Assembly: GCA_038882975.1 (NCBI GenBank)
Contig: JAVZNE010000007.1
Location: 1-64,000 of the forward strand
DNA length: 64,000 nucleotides
Source: Candidatus Bathyarchaeia archaeon
GTDB lineage: Archaea; Thermoproteota; Bathyarchaeia; Bathyarchaeales; Bathycorpusculaceae
Reading direction: 5' to 3'
The translations under genes and the position numbers were made by a program. This document shows, one piece after another, positions 19,838 to 30,100 of this stretch (position 1 is the first letter of the stretch; the number at the start of each line of letters is the position of its first letter). The notes below the pieces were generated by a model. It did no database searches and was not told where the DNA came from. It saw nothing but the letters and a program-made list of their open reading frames with translations.

Positions 19838-20824
19838 TTATGTTATGAAGTGTTTGTAGATTGGGTGTCCCTTAAATCGTAGCGTCGTCTCCGACTTCTC
19901 TATTGTTCCGCTTGGAAGCCTTATACACAAAGAGCTTACTACAGCCCCGTTTGGGATGAAGCGCACCCCATCTAACAGTTCGCCCTTCGTCACGCCGGAA
20001 GCACAAAATACAAGCTCTTTGCCTCTAGCCAATTCATCCTGATTATAGGTTTTGTCTAAGTCCACGCCTTCAGCCTCTAATCTTTCAAGCCTTTTCTGGT
20101 CATCGCTTTTGTCCCTCCAAACCCTAACAAGCATCGTTCCACCCAAACATTTTACAGCGGTTGCGGCTATGGTTGCTTCCGGTCCAGCACCAGCACCTAT
20201 CAGCAAGTCTACACCCGAGCCTTGAATGCATGTTGCCACTGCCGCAGCAATGTCCCCATCAGGTATTAGGATTATCCTCACACCAATTTTCCTAAGTTTC
20301 TGAAGAATTTCCATGTGCCTTTCGCGTTCAAGCATTATCACCGTAAAGTTTTCTATCGGCAATCCTTTTGCCTCAGCTACCGTTCTAACAATTTCTTCTA
20401 TTGGCATTTCCAGCGATATCTTCCCTAAGGCATGGTGGTCCGCTGCCACCTTAAAATAGTATCCATCGTCTGGGAGAACTTGCAAACAGCCTTTTGGTGC
20501 ACAAGCCAAGGCGGAAATGGCATCTTTTCTCCCCTTTGAGGCTGCTGTTGTCCCGTCAACAGGATCTATTACAAACTCAACCTTTGGTCCCCTTCCAGTT
20601 CCAACTTTCTCCTTGCGTAAAAAGGCTGGGGCATTGTCTTTAGGTCCTTCGCATACAATTACTTCGCCATTCACCTCCGTCTGGGCTAGGACAGCCCTAG
20701 AAAACTGAACAGCCTTCTCGTCTATCAAATTTGGGTCTCCTTGACCGATATGAAGTGCCGCGCCAACAGCCGCCGCGATCGTGATGCGCGTTAAAGAAGG
20801 CGCCAAAGCCCTTAAAGAGACCAC
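19838..20824 (-). CDS. glpX: Class II fructose-1,6-bisphosphatase (GlpX family)
   Basis: VIVCEGPKDNAP, IDPVDGTT, RERH, LIPDGDI, GPEA, ASGVTKGELL. GTG start at 20824 after a GAGGA SD. Confidence 0.85.
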   Translation of the reverse strand: MVSLRALAPSLTRITIAAAVGAALHIGQGDPNLIDEKAVQFSRAVLAQTEVNGEVIVCEGPKDNAPAFLRKEKVGTGRGPKVEFVIDPVDGTTAASKGRKDAISALACAPKGCLQVLPDDGYYFKVAADHHALGKISLEMPIEEIVRTVAEAKGLPIENFTVIMLERERHMEILQKLRKIGVRIILIPDGDIAAAVATCIQGSGVDLLIGAGAGPEATIAATAVKCLGGTMLVRVWRDKSDDQKRLERLEAEGVDLDKTYNQDELARGKELVFCASGVTKGELLDGVRFIPNGAVVSSLCIRLPSGTIEKSETTLRFKGHPIYKHFIT

Positions 20825-21090
20825 GTTTATTCCTCGAATGAATATATGAAAGCTTACTTCAGATATGTTTTTAGCTCTAAAAGGCGGTAAATTCTTGGAG
20901 AGTACATTTTGCCTCAAAGCGACTTTGGAAAAAGCAGAAAACCAAGGCTTTTTGACATGCCAGAATGCAAAAACTGCGAGTATAAGGGCAGCCGTTACTG
21001 CTGGAACCAATGCCCATACAATATATGGCGAAAACGTTAAAGTAAACAGCCCCCAAAATCTATGTTAAAGCAGGTCTAAAAGGGATATTT

Positions 21091-21719
21091 TTGAATTTTA
21101 TCGCGTTAATTAAGATGCGAAGAAGTATCCGCAGTTTTAAAAGTGATGACATCTCAAATGAGCTGTTGAAGACAATTGTTGACGCCGCTAGATATGCCCC
21201 ATCCGGTGGAAATATTCAGCCTTGGCTCTTTGTAATAATTAAAGATGTGGAAATAAAACAAAAAATTCACGCAATTCTTAGAGATCGAATGCTCAGATAT
21301 CTTGAAAGCCCTAGAGGACGTAGGGAACTAGAAAAGTATGGGGAGGACTTACTGTTCAGATACGTGGAAGCCGTTAAGACCGGGCTATTCCAAAGACACG
21401 TGATCGAGGCACCAGTTCTGATAGCTGTTTTCGGAAACGTTGGATCCCCTTACTACATCCACGATTGTTGTGCTGCGACAGAAAATTTGATTTTGGCTGC
21501 CCATTCCCTTGGTTTGGAATCGTGCTGGATAGACCATGGTATCGGCGACAAAACAGCGGAAAACCAGATCAAAAACTGCTTAAAGTTCCTGAAAACTATA
21601 GAATAGTTTCTCTTGTTGCATTTGGGTTTCCAGCAGAAACGCCAAAAGAATCGCCCAAGAAGGAAATCCACGAAATAGCCTTCCTAAATAAATACGGCAA
21701 ACCATTATCGAAGTCATAA
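21091..21719 (+). pseudogene. Nitroreductase-family protein split by a 1-nt frameshift
   Basis: RRSIR, APSGGNIQPW, ENLILAAHSLGLESCW in one frame; tail LLKVPENYRIVSLVAFGFPAE in another; the shift lies at the A5 run 21571-21575. Confidence 0.8.
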
Positions 21720-21782
21720 TCTAACCAAAGGATTTAATTTTGGAAAACAACAAAACTGTATAATCCATAGGGATGAAACGAC

Positions 21783-22478
21783 ATGAGCAAAATGGAGAGC
21801 ATATTTGCCGAAGTACGCAAAGCCGGAAGAAAACACTTGCTAGAGATGGAAGCTAAAAGCGTCTGCATGGAGTACAGCATTCCAGTTACCCAGTTCAGAC
21901 TAGCTAAGAGTGAGGCTGAAGCTGTCAAGTTTGCGGAGGAAATGGGCTACCCGGTTGTCTTAAAGATTGTTTCGCCAGACATCCTCCACAAGTCCGATGT
22001 TGGAGGAGTCATGCTTAACCTTAAAAATGCTAAGGAAGTGCGAAAAGCCTACAAACAAGTAATGGAAAACGTGGAAAAACACAAGAAAGGCGCGAAGATT
22101 TTGGGTGTGCTAGTGCAAGAGATGGCGCCACCCTCAACAGAAGTCATTGTTGGAGCCATCAAAGACCCCCAGTTTGGCCACGCCTTGATGTTTGGGCTTG
22201 GAGGAGTTTTTGTGGAAGTTTTGAAGGATGTCACCTTCAGAATAGTGCCAATAACCGAAGAGGAAGCCCGCGAAATGATTAGTGAAGTTAAGGCTTACCC
22301 GCTCTTGAAAGGGTATAGGGGGACGCCGCCAGCAGACATAAACGCCATAGTACAAATTCTCCTAAAAACCTCTAGGCTTGTTTCCGAACATCCGGAAATC
22401 AAGGAGCTTGACTTAAATCCAATAATGGTTTACGAGAAAGGTGCAAAAACGGTGGATGCAAGAATAATCCTCGAATAA
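21783..22478 (+). CDS. acdB: ADP-forming acetate/acyl-CoA synthetase, beta (ATP-grasp) subunit
   Basis: GYPVVLKIVSPDILHKSDVGGV, DPQFG, ELDLNP, VDARI. Confidence 0.9.
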   Translation: MSKMESIFAEVRKAGRKHLLEMEAKSVCMEYSIPVTQFRLAKSEAEAVKFAEEMGYPVVLKIVSPDILHKSDVGGVMLNLKNAKEVRKAYKQVMENVEKHKKGAKILGVLVQEMAPPSTEVIVGAIKDPQFGHALMFGLGGVFVEVLKDVTFRIVPITEEEAREMISEVKAYPLLKGYRGTPPADINAIVQILLKTSRLVSEHPEIKELDLNPIMVYEKGAKTVDARIILE

Positions 22479-22503
22479 ATGCCTTTGATAAAGGTTAAAA
22501 TAG

Positions 22504-23295
22504 ATGACTGAAAACAGACAATTTGCTGAAAGTTTTAAAGGCTGGTTTAAAAGCGAAATTTTCTCAAAAACCGCTCTTCCATTTGAAACACCCTTTTTTG
22601 TAAGGCTTGACGGCTGGAGGTTCCGTGAACTCGCCGACGCTGTGGGTGCAGAGAAACCCTTTGACAAACAATTCGCACTATGCCTCGTTAATTCTGGAAA
22701 AGCCCTATTCGAAAAGGGTTTCAGCCCAACATTAGTTTATGTTGTAAGCGACGAATTAAACATACTTTTTGATGGCAAAGCACCATTTAACGGCAGAATA
22801 GAAAAAATAGACTCAATTATACCAAGTCTTGTTTCAGCAGCGTTTTCCATTCAGCTTCAAGAGTTCTTTAACAAAAAGGTTGTTGCAGCCTTTGACTCCC
22901 GCATAATTGTCGTCCCTAACGATGAAAAAATGGTGGGTTATCTGACTTGGAGGCAAACAAACGCTTGGAGAAACCACAATAACGCTTATGCCTACTGGCT
23001 TTTCAGAAAAATGGGCTACAAGCCTTCAGAGATAGCTAAAAAACTAAAAGGCATGAAAACTGAGGAACTCCACGAACTCCTCTTTAAGCATGGCATAAAC
23101 TTGGCTAAAACTCCTCAATGGCAGAGAAGAGGCATACTCATACATAAAAAGCCCTATCAAAAAAGAGTCGCAAACCAGAGTGTCACCCGCGGGAAGATAA
23201 CGGAAAATTGGAATACACCCTTGTTCTCTTCGGAGGAGGGAACAAAATTAATCCGACAGATCCTCGAATGGATGAGGCAGAAAAGGAGAACCTAA
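22504..23295 (+). CDS. thg1: tRNA(His) guanylyltransferase / Thg1-like protein
   Basis: VRLDGWRF, SDELN, FDSR, WRQ, GINL motifs. Confidence 0.9.
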   Translation: MTENRQFAESFKGWFKSEIFSKTALPFETPFFVRLDGWRFRELADAVGAEKPFDKQFALCLVNSGKALFEKGFSPTLVYVVSDELNILFDGKAPFNGRIEKIDSIIPSLVSAAFSIQLQEFFNKKVVAAFDSRIIVVPNDEKMVGYLTWRQTNAWRNHNNAYAYWLFRKMGYKPSEIAKKLKGMKTEELHELLFKHGINLAKTPQWQRRGILIHKKPYQKRVANQSVTRGKITENWNTPLFSSEEGTKLIRQILEWMRQKRRT

Positions 23296-24162
23296 TTGTC
23301 ACAAAGCGAAAGAACACAAAAAATTGAAGAATTAACCCAAAAAATTTCCGCTTTGAGAGAGCAGAAAAGCGCCTTAGAGGCCGAAGCCAAGAATCACGTG
23401 GAGAAAAGGGACTTACTAAACCAAGAATTGAAGAATCTACATGGTGAAATTTTAAGGCTGAAAAACGCGCGAGGCGAGATAAACGCAAAGGTTAAGGAGT
23501 TAAAGCAACAGAGAAGCCAAATTAAGGCAGAAATAGCCCAAAAGATCGCTGAGCTCAAAAGCTTGAGGAAAGAGCTTGAGCCCCTCATAAAAAAGAAGCC
23601 AACGAGGAGCCATAAAGCTTTAGAAAGAGATGTTGAAAACCTCGAGTGGAAAATTCAAACAACTCCTTTAAGCCTACAGGAAGAGAAAAAACTAGTCGAA
23701 CAAGTTAAGGAGCTGGAAAGCCAAATCAGTGTCCACAAGAAAATCGAGCAGCTAAACCAAAAAAGAATCGAATTGAAGGCCGAGTTAAAGGCGCTTCAGG
23801 CAAGGGTTGAGCATTGTCATAAAGCCATAATGGAGAATGCCGAGAAAAGCCAACAAATTCACGCAGAAATGCTGAAAAAAGTTGAAGAAGCCAAGAAAAT
23901 CAAAAGCGAGGCTGACAATTTTCATAGGCTCTATCTCCAAACGAGGGAGAAGATAAGATCCCTCAAAGCGGAGATAACGAAAATACTGGATGAAATTAGA
24001 AGTTTCAGAGAGGAAATCTCTGCTGAGGAGGAGAAAAGGCGAAGAGAAGTTGAGGAAAAGCTCTTAGAAAGTGTGGAAAAGCAAGCCTTTGAAAAACTGA
24101 AACGTGGCGAAAAACTGACGTGGGAAGAATTTAAAGTATTAGCCGAAAAAGGATTAGCATAA
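23296..24162 (+). CDS. Archaeal coiled-coil protein (COG1340-like)
   Basis: Heptad-rich; LEWKIQTTPLS and C-terminal KRGEKLTWEE motifs. Confidence 0.8.
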   Translation: MSQSERTQKIEELTQKISALREQKSALEAEAKNHVEKRDLLNQELKNLHGEILRLKNARGEINAKVKELKQQRSQIKAEIAQKIAELKSLRKELEPLIKKKPTRSHKALERDVENLEWKIQTTPLSLQEEKKLVEQVKELESQISVHKKIEQLNQKRIELKAELKALQARVEHCHKAIMENAEKSQQIHAEMLKKVEEAKKIKSEADNFHRLYLQTREKIRSLKAEITKILDEIRSFREEISAEEEKRRREVEEKLLESVEKQAFEKLKRGEKLTWEEFKVLAEKGLA

Positions 24163-24205
24163 ACTTAAAGTAACTTCACATGAATATTGAATTGGAAGAG
24201 AACAG

Positions 24206-25381
24206 ATGACTGAACCTGAGCAAAAACAAAAGAAGAAAGTTCTAATCCTCTGCGTTGATAGAGACGGAGACCTAACGGCAAAAGCCGAAATAAAAACGCC
24301 GTTAATCGGGAGGGACAAAAACCTCAACGCTGCTGTTTCTCTAGCTTTAAAAGATCCTGAAGAGCCAGACGCCAACGCCATGTTCGAGGCTGTAAGAGTT
24401 TATGACCACCTCGTCAGTGAGAACAACCCAGATGAAGTCTTTGAAGTCGCAACGGTTTCCGGTTCAGAGCTAGGAAGCATTAGCGCCGACCGAAAAATTG
24501 TTGCTGAATTAAGTGAAGTTTTGAAGTCATTCTCGGCAAACGAGGTTATTCTAGTAACGGACGGCTATTCAGACGAGGCGGTTTTACCCTTAATAGAGTC
24601 CAGAGTACCAGTTTCATCGGTAAGAAGGATAGTTGTTAAGCACAGCGAATCCATAGAGGAAACAGCGGCCCTATTCTCAAGGTATTTCAAAATGATTTTG
24701 GAAAATCCCAGATACTCCCGCATAGCCTTAGGATTGCCTGGATTTCTCTTTCTGATTCTCGGCATTCTTTCAATATTCGGCTTGGTTCACTACTACTTAA
24801 TGGCTTTTATCATTATCTTAGGAACATATATGTTCGTCAAGGGCTTCGGCGTTGACAAAATGGTTAAGAAAGCCTATATTTGGATGAAGGAGTATTCTCC
24901 ACCGCCCCTCCCGGTGCAGATTTCTGCATACTCCACCCTTGCAGGTATATTATGTGTGGCGATAGGCTTTTATTTAGGATATGATGAAGCATCACCGTTT
25001 GTGGACGTATCCAACTGGCTGAATGTTTTCTCACCCAAAGTCGCGGGACACTTTATTATGGGTTCAAAGGACCTTGTAATTATTGGGATTTGTGTGGCAT
25101 TAACTGGAAGGGCGATACGCTGGTATTTTGAGAGGGATTCAAGGCTTTTGCGCAACGCAGCTCTAATTGTCTTAGTTGGGTGGGCTAGGCAAATCCTTGA
25201 CTCCGCCTCCAATATTTTAATATATCCGAAAATCGGCTACGAAGTTTTAATATTCTCAATTATTATTGGCATTTTGTTGGGTGTTGCCTCACTGCTAATT
25301 ATTGTTGTAGTTCACAGGTCTGCAAAAGGATTTTTCAAGGAGACTGGAGAGAAGGTTGAGGAATTTAAAGAAAAAGGCTAA
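24206..25381 (+). CDS. DUF373-family membrane protein
   Basis: LCVDRDGDL, DPEEPDAN, VTDGYSDE, RRIVVK followed by TM helices. Confidence 0.85.
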   Translation: MTEPEQKQKKKVLILCVDRDGDLTAKAEIKTPLIGRDKNLNAAVSLALKDPEEPDANAMFEAVRVYDHLVSENNPDEVFEVATVSGSELGSISADRKIVAELSEVLKSFSANEVILVTDGYSDEAVLPLIESRVPVSSVRRIVVKHSESIEETAALFSRYFKMILENPRYSRIALGLPGFLFLILGILSIFGLVHYYLMAFIIILGTYMFVKGFGVDKMVKKAYIWMKEYSPPPLPVQISAYSTLAGILCVAIGFYLGYDEASPFVDVSNWLNVFSPKVAGHFIMGSKDLVIIGICVALTGRAIRWYFERDSRLLRNAALIVLVGWARQILDSASNILIYPKIGYEVLIFSIIIGILLGVASLLIIVVVHRSAKGFFKETGEKVEEFKEKG

Positions 25382-26153
25382 AATTGCGTTTATTGGCGGA
25401 ACAGGCTTCGAAAAACTTTTCGTAAACCTTGAAAAGGTTATTGCTGGGACTCCATATGGGTTTCCCCCACCGTTATCTGTTGGAGAAATCGGCGGCAAAG
25501 AAGTTGTTTTTCTTCCCAGGCATGGTCCTGAGCATTCAGTTCCGCCACATAAGGTGAATTATAGAGCAAACATTTATGCACTGCATAAGATTGGCGTAGA
25601 GAGAATCATAGCCGTAAACGCTGTTGGCGCAATAAACAAGAACTTAAAGCCTGGCGACATAGTTGTTCCCCATGATTTTGCAGACTTTACAAAAACGCGT
25701 CCCGCAACTTTTTATGATGAAGCCCCAGTCACACACATCGATGTTTCTCAACCCTACTGCCCAGAAATTCGCAAACTCCTAACCGAAACCGCCGAAAAGC
25801 TCGGTTTAACTGTTTGCTCCAAGGCGGTTCTCGTCTGCACAGAAGGGCCACGCTTTGAAACTCCTGCCGAAATTGAGATGTTTAGGCGTTTAGGCTTTGA
25901 TATTGTTGGCATGACCGGTTTGCCAGAAGCCGTACTAGCTCGAGAACTTGAAATTTGTTATGCATGCGTTTGTTTTGTTTCCAATATGGCGGCGGGCATG
26001 CAAGAGCGTTTAACACCAAAAGAGGTTTTTGACATTTCACAAAAGGTTCAGCCCAAAATAGAACAACTCTTAATTAAGACTGTTGAGGCTTTACCAGTTG
26101 AGCGAAAAAATTGCCCATGTGTAAACGCGCTAAAAAATGCGAGGCTCGAATAA
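25356..26153 (+). CDS. mtnP: Methylthioadenosine/methylthioinosine phosphorylase
   Basis: IGGTG, PRHG, PPHKVNYRAN, EGPRFETPAEI, VGMT; VSN motif suggests 6-oxopurine (MTI) preference. Confidence 0.88.
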   Translation: MRNLKKKAKIAFIGGTGFEKLFVNLEKVIAGTPYGFPPPLSVGEIGGKEVVFLPRHGPEHSVPPHKVNYRANIYALHKIGVERIIAVNAVGAINKNLKPGDIVVPHDFADFTKTRPATFYDEAPVTHIDVSQPYCPEIRKLLTETAEKLGLTVCSKAVLVCTEGPRFETPAEIEMFRRLGFDIVGMTGLPEAVLARELEICYACVCFVSNMAAGMQERLTPKEVFDISQKVQPKIEQLLIKTVEALPVERKNCPCVNALKNARLE

Positions 26154-26936
26154 ATGCTAAGGTCAATACTTTCAGCCATCGGCGCATACAAGCTTTATGA
26201 GAAATGGCTCTGGCACCAAGTTAGGGGTGGCGTTAGGCCGGAGCACATAGCCATAATCTTAGATGGAAATAGAAGGTGGGCTTCAGAAAAAGACCTTGAC
26301 CCATGGTATGGCCACAAAGAGGGAGCCGAAAAAGTTGAGAAGCTCCTTGAATGGTGTCTAAAACTTAATGTTAAGTCCATAACATTGTACGCTTTTTCAA
26401 CAGAGAACTTCCGACGACCCAGAAAAGAAGTTGAGGAAATAATGCGAATCGCCTCTGAAAAACTTCAGAAAATTATAACAGATGAGAGAATCCACAAGAA
26501 CAAGGTTCGGGTTAAGGTTATTGGAAGAACAAATTTGCTTCCGGAGAATCTGCAGAAAATTATAGCCGACGTGGAGAAAGCCACCGGAGACTATGATAAG
26601 CACTTTTTAAACATAGCCTTTGCCTATGGTGGAAGAGCTGAAATAGTGGACGCTGCAAGGAAAATTGCCGAAAGGGTTCAGAAAAAAGAGCTAACTCCAC
26701 AAGACGTTGATGAAGAATTATTTGAGCAACACCTTTACACTTCGCACCTGCCAAAGCAAGACCCAGACTTGATTATAAGGACTTCTGGAGAGGAGAGGCT
26801 CAGCGGTTTCTTATTGTGGCAGTCAGCCTACAGTGAGTTGTGCTTCCTAGATGTTTATTGGCCAGACTTCCGCCTAATCGACCTTTTAAGGGCTGTTAGA
26901 ACTTTTCAGAAGCGGAAAAGGCGTTTCGGAGCCTAA
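26154..26936 (+). CDS. uppS: cis-prenyl (undecaprenyl-type) diphosphate synthase
   Basis: HIAIILDGNRRW, YAFSTENF, IIRTSGEERLSGFLLWQ. Confidence 0.95.
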   Translation: MLRSILSAIGAYKLYEKWLWHQVRGGVRPEHIAIILDGNRRWASEKDLDPWYGHKEGAEKVEKLLEWCLKLNVKSITLYAFSTENFRRPRKEVEEIMRIASEKLQKIITDERIHKNKVRVKVIGRTNLLPENLQKIIADVEKATGDYDKHFLNIAFAYGGRAEIVDAARKIAERVQKKELTPQDVDEELFEQHLYTSHLPKQDPDLIIRTSGEERLSGFLLWQSAYSELCFLDVYWPDFRLIDLLRAVRTFQKRKRRFGA

Positions 26937-26947
26937 ATTTGGTTGGC

Positions 26948-28171
26948 TTACGCTCTTTTTTTGGCGCTAACTATTGAGATGACATCCCTATCCTTCAGTA
27001 GGTAGTCTTCCCCGACGCGTTTCCTTTCTCTGGCTTCTATGGCGTAGATGAAGCTTTCACCGAGTTCTGTGTGGATTAGGTAGGCGAGTTCACGGGCCGT
27101 TGTTCCATAAGGCACCAGGTAAGCGTCTGGCAAAACCCTACCATGATGGTCAGATAAATGCTCCAAATCCTCGACTGGATAAACTGTGATCATATTTAGA
27201 AGTTTAAAGTATGCCATGTTTATGGCTTCTTGAACGCCCGTGGAGCCAAATTTCAACAAAACCTTTTCTCTAATTGTTTCCAGGGCTTTAAGCTGGCTTT
27301 CAGTGAGCCTTTCTGGATTGTTAATTTTGAAGTTGCAGTCACCCGGTCTGTAATCTATAAGCTTTTTCTCCGCGGCTCTCCGCAACGCGAGTTCTGCTTC
27401 AGCACAGCATGGAACAACAATATAGTTCAGCCTCTTCAGTCTCTCAAGGTTTTCTTCAGCTGTTGTCACATCCATCTTGTTTGCCGCTATCAGCATAGGC
27501 TTTGCAATCTGCCTCAAAGTGGCGATAAACCCTAGAAAGTCCTCTTCACTCCAGCTTGTAGGTTTATCAGCATTTAAACCTGTCCTCCTTACAGCTTCGA
27601 AAATGTGGACTCTTCTAATAGCTAAGCCACTAAGCCTCTCCTCCAAAATTGAAATTAGGTCCGTTGACCCTGATTCGGCTGTTCTTGCAATTTTTGGCCA
27701 ATCCCTTCTTAGGATGTTCGCCATCCACATGGTTATTTCGTGCTCGAGAAACTTTACATCCTCTACGGGGTCATGTTCACCTGGTTTGCAGATTCTTCCT
27801 TCAGAGTCTGTTCCGCCAGAAGCGTCTACGATATGAATTAGCACGTCAGCCTTCCTTATCTCATCCAAGAACTGGTTGCCTAAGCCTCTTCCTTGCCATG
27901 CTCCTGGGACAAGTCCAGCGCAGTCGATGAACTCAACAGGGATTAGGCGAACACCATCCATGCATAGGGAGTTTACAGGCGTATCTTTAACTCCAAACTC
28001 TTTGCAGACGCACGGCGTTCTCACGTAGCCTACACCTCTGTTAGGCTTTATTGTTGTGAAAGGATAGTTTGCAATCTCAGCCGGCGCAAGAGTTGCGGCA
28101 CTAAAGAATGTTGATTTTCCGGTGTTTGGTTTTCCAACAATCCCCAATAATCTTGAGTAAGACTTCTGCAT
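26948..28171 (-). CDS. ychF: Obg-like ATPase/GTPase YchF (archaeal type, TGS domain)
   Basis: GKPNTGKST, ANYPFTT, DCAGL, ANKMD, C-terminal TGS domain. Confidence 0.92.
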   Translation of the reverse strand: MQKSYSRLLGIVGKPNTGKSTFFSAATLAPAEIANYPFTTIKPNRGVGYVRTPCVCKEFGVKDTPVNSLCMDGVRLIPVEFIDCAGLVPGAWQGRGLGNQFLDEIRKADVLIHIVDASGGTDSEGRICKPGEHDPVEDVKFLEHEITMWMANILRRDWPKIARTAESGSTDLISILEERLSGLAIRRVHIFEAVRRTGLNADKPTSWSEEDFLGFIATLRQIAKPMLIAANKMDVTTAEENLERLKRLNYIVVPCCAEAELALRRAAEKKLIDYRPGDCNFKINNPERLTESQLKALETIREKVLLKFGSTGVQEAINMAYFKLLNMITVYPVEDLEHLSDHHGRVLPDAYLVPYGTTARELAYLIHTELGESFIYAIEARERKRVGEDYLLKDRDVISIVSAKKRA

Positions 28172-28193
28172 CTAAACCCACATTACCTAATGT

Positions 28194-29585
28194 TTACAAG
28201 TAGTTTGTGGCTATATGGCTTGTGCCAACCCTTTCAGATAGGCTCTTTTTAGAGCGCCTAATAAAGACTAGTAAAACTAGCATTGAAGCTCCAAGGATGC
28301 CCAAATATAGAACGAAGACTTTTAAAATAAGCATCCAAATGGTATATAGTGCTTTTTCGGCATTTTCAAGTGCTAGAGAGGCGTTTGAACCCGCAATCTG
28401 GGTAGATGTCTCCCATGTATCTATAGCGTTTTGAACATGAATTTTTGCATTTAGAAGCTGTTGTTCCACTTCTCGCGTTTCGGACGGGAAAATAACAGAT
28501 GCTCCTAAAATCTTTCCAATAGAAATGGCTGTTTCTGCCTGTTTAATCCTCTGGACAACGGTTGTGATATTCTTGGCGAAAACGTTTTCGCTGAATGCGC
28601 TCTGTTGGAGATTAGTCAATTGAACTGTTTGCTCATCTAAAAGCATTGTAGTGTCTGTGCTGTTAATATGGTAATTCGCGTATGGTATGGCTTCGGGTAT
28701 ACTTCTAATTGAGCTGAAGTGTTTGTTATCCATAGCGTTGAAGAGCCGCCATGTGGCATCTACGGGTATCCATCCATAATTTTCAAGATAGTATTCAGCC
28801 CACATGTGCCCATCTTCTAAAACTTGTCCAGCGTAATGGAAGGCGAAGCCAGCTTGAACCCTTGCTGGAATCCCAGCCGCCCTACACAAGGCAACAAACA
28901 AATAAGAATATTCAGAGCAGTCTCCTTTGCCATTTTCTAAAGCCCATAAAGCACCCTTCTCCTCTTCTTGTATTTCGTAGCGCAGATAACTAACCACAAA
29001 ATTATATATTAAATGGGCCTTCATATAGGGGTCCTCTACGCCCTGCGTTATTTCCTGTGCCTTTTCAACTATTTCCTCGTGGCTCGATTGTATGAGTTCT
29101 TCGGGCTGTATGTATTTTATATATAACTCTGAATTTTTATTGTAGCTTCCTATTCTGTTTGAGTTAACCGTGTAGGTAAGGCTGAAAGAAAGAAGGCGAT
29201 AGTTAAGCTCCACCGTAAAGGTTTGCCTCGGCTGAATCATAAGGTTAGTCCAGCAGACGTAGATGTTTCCAGAACCGTCCACCAAGAGGGTGTATTCGCT
29301 TGTTGGCTTAACACTGTATAGTATTGTATAGTGGCGTGCAGTTTCATTCCTAACAATAGGGACATAAAGATTCACGCCGGTCGCTCCCCTATTTGTTGGG
29401 TTTGTGATTTTAATTATGTGTCTAAGCTCGCCGACAAAAACCTCCTTCACATCATATTTCAAGAGACCAGAATCATGAACGTTTACAGCGTATTCAACTT
29501 TTTCCGCTGCAGCTGGCAGAAACAGAGCTGATAAAATAACGACGGCAAGGACAGCGAGTTTTAAGGGCTTAAGCTGCTTCCACAT
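28194..29585 (-). CDS. Secreted, C-terminally anchored transglutaminase-like protein
   Basis: Signal peptide; triad motifs GDCSEY, HMWAEYY, WIPVDAT; C-terminal TM helix. Confidence 0.88.
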   Translation of the reverse strand: MWKQLKPLKLAVLAVVILSALFLPAAAEKVEYAVNVHDSGLLKYDVKEVFVGELRHIIKITNPTNRGATGVNLYVPIVRNETARHYTILYSVKPTSEYTLLVDGSGNIYVCWTNLMIQPRQTFTVELNYRLLSFSLTYTVNSNRIGSYNKNSELYIKYIQPEELIQSSHEEIVEKAQEITQGVEDPYMKAHLIYNFVVSYLRYEIQEEEKGALWALENGKGDCSEYSYLFVALCRAAGIPARVQAGFAFHYAGQVLEDGHMWAEYYLENYGWIPVDATWRLFNAMDNKHFSSIRSIPEAIPYANYHINSTDTTMLLDEQTVQLTNLQQSAFSENVFAKNITTVVQRIKQAETAISIGKILGASVIFPSETREVEQQLLNAKIHVQNAIDTWETSTQIAGSNASLALENAEKALYTIWMLILKVFVLYLGILGASMLVLLVFIRRSKKSLSERVGTSHIATNYL

Positions 29586-29644
29586 GCTTGTTCCTTGCTA
29601 AAAAGGTGTTAAAGGAGTAAATAAGATTATGCAAGTCTATAGTG

Positions 29645-30100
29645 CTAATCTTCGGGAGTTTTGGCTACAAATTCTATGGCTTGGATAAGCCCATTAGCTA
29701 TTGATATTAGGTTTATTGCAACCATTATCGCCAACAATGGAATAAACTCTACAGCGAAGGTGAAGCCCTCAAGATTTATGGTGAAAACGCCAAAGTTTGT
29801 TGAATATGCAATGTAGACTATTATGAAGAAGGACCTTAAGATGATAAGAATGTATTTGCAAATGGTGCCCTCGCTCACTCGCATAGCAAAGGAGAAGAAA
29901 AGCGAAACATAAGCCAAAATCCAATACAATGTTGAAAAACGTTGAAAAATCTGTCCAAAGAAATGTGAAAGCAAAAGCCAAATAATAAGCCAAACCACTC
30001 CATAGATCGCTGTTATAACCGCCGCCTTAATGATTTTGATAAGGGTTTTACGGCGGATAGATTTGGCTTCAGCTTCAACTTCGTTCATGGAGACCCCCAA
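29645..30100 (-). CDS. Hypothetical membrane protein (~4 TM)
   Basis: Hydrophobic ORF coupled to the upstream gene. Confidence 0.7.
   Translation of the reverse strand: MGVSMNEVEAEAKSIRRKTLIKIIKAAVITAIYGVVWLIIWLLLSHFFGQIFQRFSTLYWILAYVSLFFSFAMRVSEGTICKYILIILRSFFIIVYIAYSTNFGVFTINLEGFTFAVEFIPLLAIMVAINLISIANGLIQAIEFVAKTPED

Noticed and set aside
20825-21010. N-terminal extension of the GlpX ORF in the track
   Set aside because: It spans the promoter region; GlpX similarity and an SD both point to the GTG at 20824.
19744-21720. Integrative element at tRNA-Pro (or at tRNA-Asp, 57659-57736)
   Set aside because: No integrase was seen, no duplicated tRNA 3' end was noticed, and the neighbouring genes are metabolic.
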